Below are positions 1 to 13,420 of a stretch of 64,000 nucleotides of DNA, in pieces (position 1 is the stretch's first letter; each line of letters starts with the position of its first letter). A program made the position numbers and the translations under genes. Where the stretch lies: contig JBHGNT010000012.1 in NCBI GenBank assembly GCA_043228905.1, forward strand, positions 3,224,001 to 3,288,000, given 5' to 3'. Under the pieces are notes generated by a model. It saw only the letters and a program-made list of their open reading frames with translations, did no database searches and was not told the origin of the DNA. The DNA is from Azolla caroliniana. Lineage: Eukaryota; Plantae; Polypodiophyta.

Positions 1-3000
1 CAAACAGATGCAATTGGTCGGGTTTCAACAAACATCTAGATTGTTGAGCATAAGCAGCATCCCCAGGGCGGAGTGCAAGGTCAACTCGGCGAGAAAGGGC
101 ATCAGCCTTCCCATGTTGGCCACCAGGTCGAAATACGATCTCAAAATCGTAGTCGGGGAGAAATGTAGACCAACGGGCCTGCCTTCGATTCAAAGTACGA
201 GTGGTGGAAAAATAAACTAAATTTTTATGATCAGTCACTACCTGGACACGATGTTGTGCGCCGGCCAAGTAGGGTCGCCATTCTTCAAAGGCAGCAATGA
301 TAGCAGCAAGCTCCTTGTCGTAAATGGGATAATTGATTTCAGATGCCGTAAATTTTCGGGAATAGTAAGCCACTGGGTGCATTAGGTTGTTGTCGTCTGC
401 TTGGGATAAGATGGCGCCAATGGCAAAGTCAGAGGCATCGGTTTCGACTTGGAAGGGTTTTGTGGGGTCGGCATGTAGCAACACCGGGGCAGTGATGAAT
501 GCGTGTTTGAGTGAGTCGAACGCATTTTGTGCCTTCGAGGTCCATAAAAATGGAGTGCCTTTATGGGTGAGAGCGATAAGAGGTTGTGCTAGGGTGGAAA
601 ACCCCTTGATGAAGCGACGGTAAAAATTCGCGAAGCCGAGGAAGGATTGCACATCTTTAAGTCGCCTTGGAGTCGCCCACGCCTGAATGACAGAGACCTT
701 CTTCATATCCATGGTGATGCCAGTGGGCGAGATGATGTAGCCCAGAAATTCGATCGAGGTACGGTCGAACTCGCATTTCTCGCCTTTGGCATAAAGGCCA
801 TGCTCACGAAGTTTGGCCAGAACTAATCGGACTTGGCGAGTGTGCTCCTCCATGTTTGGCGAGAAAATGAGAATATCATCGAGGTAAATGACAACAAAAA
901 GATCAAGATATTCCCGGAAAATATCGTTCATCATATGTTGAAAAATTGTGGGAGCGTTAGTAAGACCAAAAGGCATTACCTTGTATTCGAAATGCCCATA
1001 CCGTGTTCGAAATGCGGTTTTCCATTCATCCCCCGGCTTGATGCGTACTAGATTGTACGCGCCACGCAGATCAACTTTGGAGAAGACACGCGCAACTCGG
1101 AGCCGATCAAGGAGTTCGGGGATCAGAGGTGGCGGATAGCGGTTGCGCACAGTGAGTTTGTTGAGACCTCGGTAGTCGACGCATAAGCGTAGAGAGCCGT
1201 CCTTCTTCTTCACAAATAAAATGGGGGCCCCGGCTGGTGACTTAGAAGGTTGAATAAAGCCTTTCTTGAGGTTCTCATCAAGATACACACGAAGGGCCTT
1301 CAACTCTGGTGCAGACAACGCATATAGAGGACCAAAGGGTGGACACGCACCTTCTTGAAGATCAATCGGACAGTCGTAGAGCCGGTGTTCAGGCAACCGA
1401 TCAGCATTACATTTTTCAAATACATCGGAGAAGTGTAGGTATTTTTCAGGAATAACATGGAGTGTGTTAGAAATGGTGCCACAAACAAACCCATCCTGGA
1501 CGGATGATGGGGTAGTCAATTCGGAGTCGACCGTCTCCGAAGGATAGGAAACTGAATTTACCTTCATACTTTTGCACGAGCATCTTGGCTTGCTAAATGT
1601 GATCGAGCGGTTGCACCAATCCACTATTGGATTGTGCGCCTCCAACCACGTTAGTCCTAAGACAATCGGATGTCGAGGAGATGCGATGAGGTAAAAGGTG
1701 AGCTCCTCTTGGTGTGAGCCCACCCGAAGCCCTAATGGGATTGTAGCTTGAGTAATTGCACCTGACGAGAGGACGCACCCGTCGATGGCTTCAACTGGAA
1801 TGGGTTTTGAGAGGCCAACGACAGGTACGCCATGTGCTTGGGCAAACGCGACGTCGATGAAGCAAGAAGATGCCCCAGAATCAAGTAAAGCAACAGACTG
1901 AATGGAACTAGAGTTAAACGAAAGCCATACCTCCAATGTGAAATTGCCTGATGGTCCGGCAATGGAACCAAGAGAATGTGGGCGACGGGAGATGTCCAGT
2001 TGCATGGCTCCTACTGCAACCGAACGATGTCGTTTTCCGGATGTTGGGGTCCGTTAGCTCTATGGAATTGTGGGCGAGTACTCCTAGGACAATGGCGAAC
2101 GACATGACCGGAGGCGCCACAATACATGCACAAGCCATTAGCCCGCCGAAATTGTCGTTCAGCATCAGTCAATGGTCAAAATCGGGCTTGATCAATTTCC
2201 ATGGGGACAGGAGCATCTGCCGAAGTAGGCGAGTGTGAGGATGCTTGGGGTTGTATGACCGGGGCGTGGCGTGGAAGTGAATGAGGTGGGAACCAAGTCC
2301 GGCGCTCTTCTTGACGAAATTCGAAAAGATGATTGTCACAATGGACTGCTTGTGAAATCGCTTGGGATAACGAGGTGGGCTCCGGAAAGTTTAAGAGAAG
2401 ATTCTTGACATTGCTTCGAAGACCGCGCCGAAAGTGATCAGCTAAAGCTTGATCATCCCAATTGACGTCGCATGCTAGTTGTCGAAATTCGGAAGCATAG
2501 ACCAAAGCTGCACGTGAACCTTGTTCGAGTGCATAAATCTTGTTAAGAGCTGTACGTTGTCGGTCCGTCTCTCCAAATGTGGCCTCTAACTCGGCGAGGA
2601 AGGCGGGAAAGTCCTCCAATAAAGGTGATGAGGTTTCTACCAATGGTGCAAACCAACCTTGGGCCGGACCGGAGAGAAGGGTGCCCACAAGGCCGACTTG
2701 TCGAAGACCATCTCCATAACGTTGAGGTTGTAGCCGAATGATAAGTCGAACTTGGTTGATGAACCCTCGGAAACGCGACCTCGTTCCATCAAATTTTTCT
2801 GGGAGGCTAACCTTAGGCTCAAGAAACTGTGACGAAGCTAGGCTAGATGTTGGTAGAAGATCGGGCTCTAGGCTAGGTTGTTGTGCGAGACTAGGGTTCG
2901 GGGGTTGTGAGGATAGGGAGGTACCGACTTGAAGTTCTTGTAAAGAATTTCGAAGAGCTTCATTTTCAAGCTGTAGTTGTCATAAGGCTACCATTATTTG

Positions 3001-3430
3001 GCCTAACTCACTAGTTGAGTCGGACATAGCTATGGCTTATGAGAGGGAGAGCTATGAGGATGGGAAGGTGAACAAACTGTCACGGATCATAAACTCAAGA
3101 GACAACGAAGAAGATAACCAAATGGACAAGAAAGAAGATAGTACTAAAGGAAAGACTCCATAACTGGTGTTGTTCACCTTGAATTCCTTCAAGGTGAACT
3201 CCTCTATTTATACTACATGGCATGCATACTTGTTGCACGCATGTGAATCTACAATAGAGCATGTAGGTATGCATGCATGTGCCAAGTGTAAATACTACAA
3301 GGGAGCAACTATGCACATGATGCTAGCAAAATAATAAGGAACAATTACATACATAACTAGTACTAGATATCTTGGTTAACTCATAATAGTAGATTATAAC
3401 ATGGTCGTGTCAAGAGTTCGAATCATGACA
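1..3430 (-). mobile_element. Ty3/Gypsy chromovirus (Tcn1/Tf1-like) LTR retrotransposon, 5' part, degenerate; continues left of window
   Basis: Minus-strand gag (ORF 2176-2688 retrotrans_gag-like; zinc knuckle CMYCGASGHVVRHC ~2090-2135), protease DSGASSCF ~1860-1885, RT/RNaseH motifs ~240-1300 with frameshifts; 5' LTR at 3078-3430. Confidence 0.9.
3078..3430 (-). repeat. 5' LTR (353 bp) of the chromovirus
   Basis: TGTCA...TGACA termini, TATAAATA on minus at 3212-3205, lies just upstream of the gag ATG (3027). Confidence 0.8.
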
Positions 3431-4725
3431 CAATTGACTTGAAAGATGGTGCTTGTCCTCCATTTGGCCCTATATATGGGTTATCTGAACCTGAACTCAA
3501 GTCCCTCAAAATATACATTGAAGAGAATCTCGCAAAGGGATTCATTCGCCACTCAAAATCTCCAGCTGGCTCTCCTATTCTATTTGTCAAAAAGAAAGAT
3601 GGAACGTTGCGCCTATGTATCGACTATCGCGGGCTCAATCGAGTCACGGTTCGAAACCGTTATCCACTACCTCTAATCCCCGAACTCCTTGACCGACTTC
3701 GGGCTGGGCGTATATTCTCCAAAATCGATCTCAGAGGCGCCTACAACTTGGTGCGTATCAAGCCTGGAGATGAGTGGAAAACGACATTTCAAACCAGGTA
3801 TGGGCATTTTGAATACATGGTAATGCCATTTGGTCTAACAAATGCTCCTGCCATTTTCCAGCATATGATGAATGACATCTTCCGAGAATATCTAGACCAA
3901 TTTGTGGTCATCTATCTCGACGACATACTTATCTTCTCACAGGACTACATAGAGCACACCAAGCACGTTCGACTTATCTTGACCAACTTCGGGAACATGG
4001 ACTTTATGTGAAACCCGAAAAGTGTGAGTTTTATCAAACCTCAGTTGAATTCCTCGAGTATGTCATTTCATCTGATGGTATCACTATGGACGAGAAGAAA
4101 GTCGAAATGGTTCAACAGTGGGAATGGTTCAACCATGAAGTCTGCACCAGGGTCAAGGATGTGCAATCATTTTTGGGTTTTGCTAATTTCTATCGTCGAT
4201 TCATTCAAGGATTCTCTACATTGGCGCAACCACTTATAGCACTCACTCGGAAGGATTCCCCTTTTTGCTGGACTCCCACAACCAGGGTCAAGGATGTGCA
4301 ATCATTTTTGGGAAGTCCCCACCAGGGTCAAGGATGTGCAATCATTTTTGGGTTTTGCCAACTTCTATCGTCGATTCATTCAAGGATTCTCTACATTGGC
4401 GCAACCACTTATAGCACTCACTCGGAAGGATTCCCCTTTTTGCTGGACTCCCACAACCCAACTAGCATTCGAGACACTAAAAAAAGCTTTTACCTCGGCT
4501 CCGGTACTTCTACACCCAGATCTGATCAAACCATTTACGATTGAAACTGATGCCTCTGACTTCGCCATCGGTGCCATTCTCTCTCAATCAGATAACAATG
4601 GGATTCTTCATCCTGTTGCCTTTTATTCTCGGAAGTTCACACCTCCCGAGATCAACTACCCAGTTTATGACAAAGAACTCTCTGCCATTATTGCGGCCTT
4701 TGAAGAATGGCGTCCTTACTTGTAG
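3431..4725 (+). pseudogene. Chromovirus pol fragment (RT + RNase H), frameshifted, with internal duplications
   Basis: ORFs 3439-4011 ([18 protein letters not shown]) and 4294-4725 ([24 protein letters not shown]). Begins right after the LTR of the minus-strand element, which probably inserted into it. Confidence 0.9.
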
Positions 4726-6159
4726 GTAGTACACATCGCTAATAACATTAGTCATTGTTTGCTCATCCCATAAGTAGGGTTTTCTATAGCATGACATGAT
4801 GGGAGGAGGCAAGGAAAGCCATCAAGGTTGTTTTGAGTTCATTGATTTGTCGTAAGCACACTAACATGGTCAATTGACATGACATACAAATTCAACACTC
4901 TAGAGTTTAGACTCAAAAGTATTCAACCGCAACACAAGCACATACAAGTGATATATAAATCAAATATATCAATTTAATATAAGGGAAAACGAAAGTAGAT
5001 TGGGGTTGCAGGTATAAACTGCATACTAACAATACACTTTGGTTTTGGGTGATTTGATAAGTGAATGCATTCAATGGGATTCAACGAAGTATATTTGGAA
5101 TTTTTGTTTCAAGTGGGTCCTACACGTGTAACTGTTAGCTTCTCAACTTCATTATGAATTTATGACATATAATTATGCTTGACTCATTTTTGACCAAGGT
5201 TAGTAGGCATATCTAGTAAGACATACAGAAAGCTTTTATTCCTCTATATCTTTATGATAAAGGACAAATGCATGACTTTACATACAGAGCATTGTTTTTC
5301 TTATATTTGGGGATTTCAAGTCAAAGCACACTAAAGTGAAAGCACCACCATAAACAATTTATGCTCCCATTTTGCACCTTGTTAGAGCTAGATCTTTAAT
5401 TCAACAATGTGAAGAATGTGATGCAAGTTGAGGAAGTACATGATTCCCAAGGCATATACCATGGGTGGGGTTCAACAAGTTTTAAAAGGACAATCAATTA
5501 TTGTTCGAATATTTTTTGGGGCTCCCTCCTTGTTCTTGCTAGAACCTAAAAAGCCAGACATTTTTTTATCCCATTGCATACCTGCAGAATTGATGCTAAC
5601 AAAAAGATGCATAAAGGAGGAGTATCTTGAGGAGTATGAATCACTCCCCGAAATGCTTCGATGTTGTCCCATAAATGAAAAACAAAACATAACAGTGTCA
5701 AATGTTTGGATAATTCTGATTGTGTCAAATATTTGGATAATTCTCATACCCCCCAGTGTCTTAATATATTGGTGGTCTCATACCCATTATCCTTTATTGA
5801 TGGTCCCATAACACCACACTTTCTTAAAATTGTTATATATATTTATGACTTCATTTGTCATGCCCTTGTTACTGAACTTCTGTAAAAGTATATATTATCC
5901 CAACCATATAATGTAAATGTTTTGATCATCTATCAAAATCATCAATAAACATTACTTGTGATAAAGGGATGGCATTATGTGCTAAACATGGTATATGTTA
6001 AATATTTCAATCCTATGTTGCTTCTCAATTCCTCTTCTTAACAATAGTGTCTCCTCTAGTTGTATTCTCCCCATCATGTCTGTGATAAATTGATGGCATA
6101 ATTCAGATTTCAGAACCTTTGGGCGAATGTTTTGTGCCTGAAGGATTTAACCAAGCCAG

Positions 6160-7221
6160 CTATACATCGATTACACTAAAGAGGTATTTAATCTGGTGTG
6201 GTGCCGTCGTGAGGAGAATCTTTGGGCCCAAGGAATAATGGAAATGTCCTCATCGGCGAATATCGGGTCGTCATCAACTCTTACTACCAATGTCACCACC
6301 AAGGGCTTGACACCATCGGATCGTGCAGTTCTGTGGGAGATCGACTTGGCACGTGGTTGTGTCACTAACTTCAACAAGCTCCTCGGTGCCCACTCCATCA
6401 TCCTTTCGCTCCTCGTGACCGTCAATCTTATCGGTTTCCTCCAACCACCCAAAGGATGGGCCGAGACCGATCTCCCGGGCCGTAACACTACCACCTCCTC
6501 TAGGATGACTACCAGCACCATGTACATGGACAGGCCGTCGGTGCGCGTCTTCGCCGTCACCAACAGTCTCTCTCTCTACAGTGGAATCAGTGGCCTCCTC
6601 TTTTATATCTATTGCAGCTATGGCGGCTTCCTCTCGTTGGACTCGATCTCTCTCCCGGCCGACATGATCTATGATGAGCAAGGCTTCAAGGTCCTCCACA
6701 ACTTCCGCGCATGCCTCCGGCGCGTCGTGCTCCCTTCCTTGCGCCACCGCATCACGCTCCTCTTCGGCTTCCTCACGTTCTCCCTCACGTTCTCGGTCAT
6801 GGCATTCGTGTCGGCCGGATTGGCTGCGGTTGGTCACAACTGGCGTATGCACTACGTGGGGGTGCCCGCCATCATTGGGTGTCTTCCTGTGCTTTTTTTG
6901 CTGGTGCTGGTGGTTGTGAAGCACCACCATGAGATCAAATTCGATGATCGGTTCGATGTGTTCTGGAAGGAGATTGCGGAGATCGACAAAATGCCGGAGC
7001 TGCAGATGGTCAAGAGTACGACATGCCGGGCTCTCGATCCAGCCGCTTTGATCCATTTGATCCCTAGATGTATGCGCAGCAGAAAAACCAACGAAGAAGG
7101 TGTAGTATCCGATGGATCCCGGAATCCCAGTGTCAATGCCATGCATCCACACTACCAGAATCAGAATCATCAATCGCAGTCTTCAAATATATCCAACCCT
7201 AAGTACGATCCCTACCGATGA
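6160..7221 (+). CDS. Probable last exon of a PGG-domain (ACD6/ankyrin-TM-like C-terminal) multi-pass membrane protein
   Basis: 341-aa ORF with LLVTVNLIGFLQPPKGW (PGG-like), FAVTNSLSLYS and ~4 hydrophobic helices. Frame is open from a CAG acceptor near 6159; upstream exons are not resolved. Confidence 0.6.
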   Translation, partial: LYIDYTKEVFNLVWCRREENLWAQGIMEMSSSANIGSSSTLTTNVTTKGLTPSDRAVLWEIDLARGCVTNFNKLLGAHSIILSLLVTVNLIGFLQPPKGWAETDLPGRNTTTSSRMTTSTMYMDRPSVRVFAVTNSLSLYSGISGLLFYIYCSYGGFLSLDSISLPADMIYDEQGFKVLHNFRACLRRVVLPSLRHRITLLFGFLTFSLTFSVMAFVSAGLAAVGHNWRMHYVGVPAIIGCLPVLFLLVLVVVKHHHEIKFDDRFDVFWKEIAEIDKMPELQMVKSTTCRALDPAALIHLIPRCMRSRKTNEEGVVSDGSRNPSVNAMHPHYQNQNHQSQSSNISNPKYDPYR

Positions 7222-7592
7222 TTAGTTAATAGGATGGTTTGTTCATCCCCTCTCAATAATCTTGTAGCTATGAATTTCTTTATAATTAATATGTTATTCT
7301 TATATGTGTTTCCATAGTTACTGCTCATAATGGGCATAATTTTCCCAACACTTACTTTCACAATTGTTTTGGCTAGTTTTGGCGCTCTACAGATGTCGGA
7401 ATTTTTGTTTATTTTGGCGGTTTGCCGCATTTGTGGCGGAATTGTGGTTACAATTTCTGGCACTATGAAAAAATGTCAGTATATTTACCATTGCAAATGG
7501 TCGAAGCATCCCATTCTGTATATATAACTATTGTATAGGGAAGATAATATGAAAATGATCATTTGTATGCTAATTTTATTCTATGAATAAAG

Positions 7593-10580
7593 TGTTATAG
7601 AATAGAGTGATTAAGTAAGACCAAAGAGTGATTAGATATTAATCAAGATCCCAATACAATATCTAGATAGAGTTCATAGGTATGCTCATCTCCATATCTT
7701 CAAAATGATTGAGATACATAAGTTTTATGACTCACAAGATGATGAGATGCATGCATACTATTTACATCATGAAGTCTTCTTAACTAGAGTTTAAGACTAA
7801 GATAAGTATAGCATAACTCATGTTATGCATGAGTTCATAACACTCTCCCTCATCTTATCATCATTGGTTGAGCTCATCAGCTCTGATAATCTTCTAAGTC
7901 CAAGAGAAGGAATGTTTAGCCAATGTTTTGATGCAGGTAAACTTTTGGTAAAAATATCCGCCAAGTTCTTGCTTGATTGAATAGGTTGTATATTGATATA
8001 ATTATCATTAAGCTCACGAGTAAAGAAAAACTTGGGAGAAATATGTTTGATTCGATCACCTTTAATAAAGCCTTTCTTGATTTGATTAATACAAGCATAA
8101 TTATCTTTATAGATAACTGTTGGTAATGATGGGCCGATAAAACCACAAGAACTTTCAATATGCCCAATTAAGAGTTGTAACCATAGGCATTCTCGGCTTG
8201 CTTCATGTAATGCCAATATCTCAGCATGATTTGAAGATGTTGCAACCAATGTTTGCTTTGTTGATCGCCAAGAGATCGTTGTGCCAACGTGAGGGTCAGA
8301 TAAAAACCCATCGTCAGAATAACCGGTCAATTGATCGTGCATAGAATCGCTGGTAAAGAAAAGACCCATATCTTGAGTGCCTCGTAAATATCGAAAAATC
8401 TGCTTAATTCCAATCCAATGTCTTCTAGTAGGATCGTGACTATATCGAGCCAACAAATTGACAGCGAACGAAATGTCCGGACGCGTACAATTGGCCAAGT
8501 ACATAAGAGCACCACCAACAGCCATGTAAGGATACCGTGGTCCCAATGCTGACTCGTTAGAAGATCTTGGCCGAAACGGGTCACGAGAAGGATCCAGAGA
8601 GCGCACAACCATAGGAGTTCTAATAGAATGAGATTGATCCATAGAAAACCGTTTTAATATTTTATGGATATAAGAGCTCCGATGAAGAAGAATTCCATTA
8701 GATAGGTGCTCGATCTGAAGACCCAAGCAGAATGTAGTTAAACCAAGGTCTTTCATTTCAAATTGGCATCTAAGCATAGCAACAACATCTTCAATAGCAT
8801 TGGATGTTCCAATAAGATTGAGATCATCAACATAAATAGAGATGATGACAAATTCTTTGAGATAATGCTTGATAAATATACAAGGACAAATATCATCATT
8901 CTTAAATCCATGAGAAAGAAGATATTGAGAAAGATGTTGATACCACATACGACTGGCTTGTTTAAGTCCATAAAGTGACTTACATAACTTGATCGATGGA
9001 TTGAGAAAATTTCCAAGCTGCATAGATTTGCAAAGTTCTTCAAGTATCTTCATGTATATATCTTTATCCAAATTACCATAAAGATAGGCTGTAACCACAT
9101 CCATGAGACACATATGAAGACTTCGTTGAATAGTGAAATGAATCAACCAACGAAAACTCGTTGCATCCATAACCGGAGAATATGTATCGGTATAATCAAT
9201 ACCAAATCGGTGCGTGAAACCTTGAGCAACAAACCTTGCCTTATAACGGATAACTTCTCCTTTATCATTATGGTTCCGCACAAAAACCCAACGATAGCCA
9301 ACAGGTGTATGACCAATAGGAGTCTCTTGAATTTTACCAAAAACTCCTCATTTGAGAAAACTATTTAGCTTAGCTCTAATAACTTCTTTCCACTTATCCC
9401 AAAAAGGGGATGCTTTTGCTTCTTGAATAGTTTGAGGATCAAATTCATTCACAAAAGTTGTTGCGACATAGAAAATGAAGATATCATTAATCTCTTGTCG
9501 TGTTATTAACTTAGAATTAGTATAATTAGCAATTGGAGACTCTTCACTAATTATCCTATTTGATACTATAGGAACTTCAATCTCAGCCTCAGTTGTTGGT
9601 TTTCGCTTTCTTAATTGTTTATCCTTTGCTCTAATAGGCCGTCCACGCTTCCTTTGAGATTCTACAACATGTGCCGATGATTCCCCAATCAAAATTCGAG
9701 CAGGCACATTCATAACAAGATTAATGTCGGAGACCTTCATATTGAAAGTGTCAACAAAAGCATCTAGTGCATTGTTGGCAATACTTTGTAGATGTAATAT
9801 TCATTGAACTTCTTTCTCCCCCTCTCCAGTATAAGGATCTAGTGGCATTGGTTTATCCTTGGGCCAATTAAACATTAGACTTTGATCAATCTTTCCTGAT
9901 GTTTCTCTTTTCCAGTTATCTTCCCCTAAAATCGGGAAAGTTGATTCATCAAATTGGAAATCGGCAAAGTGAATTGTAAATAAATCGCCAATTGTAGGTT
10001 CGAGATAGCGGATGATTGAAGGAGAGTTGAATCCCACATAAATTCTGAGAGGACGTTGAGGACCAAGTTTCCTACGGTAATGTGGAGAAATAGGAACATA
10101 AACTACACAACCAAATACTCGTAAATGAGAAACAGAAGGTGGAAAACCTGTCATGAGTTGATGGGGAGAGTAAACATGATATGATGATGGCCGTAGTTGG
10201 AGAAGTTGCGATGCATGAAGTACTGCATGTCCCCATGTTGAACTAGGCAAATTTGATTTGAGAAGAATTGGCCGCACAATTACTTGAATTTGTTTAATCA
10301 AAGATTCAACCATACCATTTTGAGTGTGAACATGAGGAGTTGAAACTTCAAAATTAATACCGATAGATTCGCAAAAGCGAATAAAGGTTGTTGACGTAAA
10401 CTCAACAGCGTTGTCCATCCGAATCAACTTAATTGGAAAATCTGGAAATTGAGCGCGCAACTTGATAAGGATGAGGAGTCGAGGCAACGCCATATTGCGA
10501 GTAGAAAGAAGTGTGACGTGAGAAAAACGCGATGAAGCATCTTTAACTCCCATGAAGTAATAAAATGGTCGAGAAGGAGG
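7593..10580 (-). mobile_element. Ty1/Copia element (Bianca-like), 5'-truncated and degenerate
   Basis: Integrase 9801-10553, RT (YVDDL) + RNase H 7818-9281 with the KGDRIKHISPKFF motif typical of Bianca; PPT GATGAGGGAGAG; 3' LTR 7593-7842 (TGTTAT...ATAACA). Confidence 0.85.
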
Positions 10581-11379
10581 GTGCCCGAATGGCGGACCTC
10601 CCTTGAGAAGAGCTCACGCTCTCCCTCCCTCACTCTTCTCTATCTCTCCATTTCTCTATACGTGTCTGTTAGTGTTTGTGTAGGGAGTATGGTGTGGTGG
10701 ATGGACTCTTTGTGTGGGAGCCAGCCTGTGATGAAGATATCAACATTATTCCCTTGAGAAGAAGACTCTCTTCTCCTCCTCTGCTTCTCTGCCTACCCCT
10801 CTGTCAGTTCTTGCTGCACCATCTCCACAACATCGCCTACACATCCCTTTCCCCATCCCCAATATGTGATGATGATCTTGCTTTCAACCCTTTTCCTCAC
10901 TCTCTCTACCTAAAACCCTAGCCACCCCAGAGTTCATCTCTATATCTTTAGCTCTCTTCATCTTTGTGCTTGCGGCTATGTTGTGTGTGTGTGTTGGTCC
11001 CACCATAGAAATGGTGGGCGTTCCATCTCAGAAGTTTTTTCCAGTTTTCCCCACAATATAATGCCTCATTCTTGCTTCAATCCAAACAGAGCAATTGAAT
11101 ACGGTGATGGATCTACCTCAAGCATTGTTAGGGATCACTATACCTCCCATCGTTGTGTGTGTGATGCTATTGTGCCAATGCTAACAAAGAACAGGATCAC
11201 AATCGATTCATAAAGGAGGACCGTGAATCACTATGGAAGCTTGGATCACTTGGTATAGGAGGCGTGTTCTCCTTGCATAGATGCGCGGAAGGATCATCAC
11301 CACTTACTGGGTTCATCATCTTCACTATCAGAATTAGAGCTTGAAGAAGATGTGTCTCGACGGTGGCATAGGTGGCCAT

Positions 11380-13420
11380 ACGATCAAACAAAGGTGCAAC
11401 AATCAGATAGATGGCGCCAAGCGGCTAGAGAAAGATAGTCCGGTAGCCGGACTAAGATGGCCCTGAATAGAGATAGCCGCTGCATAGCCACAACCGAACC
11501 GGCAAAGAGATGGCCAGTGTCCCGTAGAGGGCTGAAAAGATAGGGACAATGGGCTGAACAGAAGTAGCCGAAAAGCATCGGTCAGAACCAGCATGGCCGA
11601 GAGTACGGTCGAGAAGCGCAGCCAAGATGAGTGGCCGAGAGCACAGCTGAGATGTGTGACCGAGAGCACGGCTGACACGCGTGGTCGAGAGAGTACGACC
11701 GAGATGTGCAGTCGAGAGATGACCACGGCCAGCTAGTGGAGATAGCCGAATAGATGGCAAATGTCCGACAAAGCCAATAGACGTTGACAGACGGCGTACG
11801 ACAACCCGACCGGAAAGATGATGCGGTAGCGGGCGGACACATAGCCACTGACAGCTGGCTAGACAGCAGGCAGCGACGGTCGGCGGACATAAACAGCCAC
11901 AGATAGATGGCCGAAGGTAGACACGACTAGTGGCCAGCCGGTACGGCAATCGGCAACTGACGAGCGGCGACGGTCAGACGGATGGCCGTTAGCTGTCGAA
12001 GAAAACATAGATACATATAAACACTACAGTACCAACTGAATTACATGAAATGGATCATATGTGAAGTTTGTGTGGACACCATTTTGCGTTTTATATACAT
12101 AATGTTAGCATGCGCACACACACATGTGCTTGTGTGAATGGGGCATGTGGGTTCATACATAGATAGCTTATATATGTATGTATGTATGTTATGCACATAA
12201 TTAATCATGTAAATTCATGTATATGTATAGCAGACATACACCATATTCATATACCCACCATTCCCATAGAGAGTTTCATGTATGTATGCACATACTCTTA
12301 ACAAATGTATGCAATACATAGATACATACATCCACCATACATGTGTGAAATTAAATATAGCAGATCTACGTACCGTAAAGCCATACATCCATATGAGCAT
12401 ACCAGCTATAAATCCATACACATTCACATAGGCACCAAACCGAAGAGAAAGGGAAAAGAAGAAAAAATGAAGAAAGAAAGAAGGACAACGATAGAGGAGA
12501 AGAAGAAGGAGAAGCAACGAGACAGAAAAGAAGAAGGAAGCAACATCAGCAGAAAAGAGAAAGAAGAGAAGAAGCAGAGAAAGACAAGAAGCAACAGAAG
12601 AGGAGTACGCGGAGACAAAATGAAAGAAAGAAAAAAGATAAAGGGCATTTCACAAAACTTTGAAAGCTCGAGGGTAGAAAAAGAGATTTTCAAAAAAACT
12701 CAAAAAGAGAGGGCATAGTGAATTATTTCAAAAGCTCGAGGGCATCAGAAGAAAAATTCAAAGATCGGAGGGCATACGATAAATTTTAAAAAACTTGAGG
12801 GTGAAAATAAAAATTCGAAAGACCAAGGTGTATAAAACATAAAACCCAACTCGCATGAATGAACTAGAGAATACACAAACGCACAACACGATTTCACGAC
12901 CCATGCCACATTGAATTAGCCGATTGGTGTATGATCCAATCACGACTTGTGTTGACCGAACGAGAAGGTTCGAAAGCTCCGATCGAAGTTATCGATCGTA
13001 GAGCAGTGATCCGGTCGAGGCATTTCCGACTGTTGAGACAACCGATGGAGTTCCGGTCGAGAATAGTTGTCATGGTGAGTGGGTTCACTGTGCAATGCAC
13101 TGTCCCACACACGTGCCATGTGTTACCCCCGTAAGAATATATGTGGAGGCATAAGGGTAGGTGTAATGATGTGGTTGATGTGTATGTGTAAAGTAAATGA
13201 GTCTGTGAGGATGAGTATGTGTATGGACACATGCACAATTATGTGCATGTGTACAAGAATGTGTAACGGTCTTACTTATAACGGTCATGTAACCATTACA
13301 TTGGATGTATTATATAAACCCCGTATGGGCATGTAATGAATAACATTTTTCCCCTCATATTTCTTGTGTCACTTCTTATTTTCAGTCTCCTTCTTTCTCT
13401 CTCCCACTTTCCACGACCCG
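11380..13420. repeat. Decayed LTR-like / low-complexity repeat remnants
   Basis: CCGAGA-rich short repeats 11600-11750, GA-rich tract 12440-12640, ...TTTCACGAC at ~12892-12900, TATA + CT-rich tract at 13310-13410. Boundaries are unresolved. Confidence 0.35.

Noticed and set aside
5428-5811. TIR domain from DIFLSH
   Set aside because: Only a 6-residue resemblance; the rest does not fit.
6274-7173. 299-aa antisense ORF
   Set aside because: Shadow of the GC-rich plus-strand gene; no motifs.
7340-7467. DNA-transposon terminus (...GGCACTATG)
   Set aside because: No partner inverted repeat or TSD seen.
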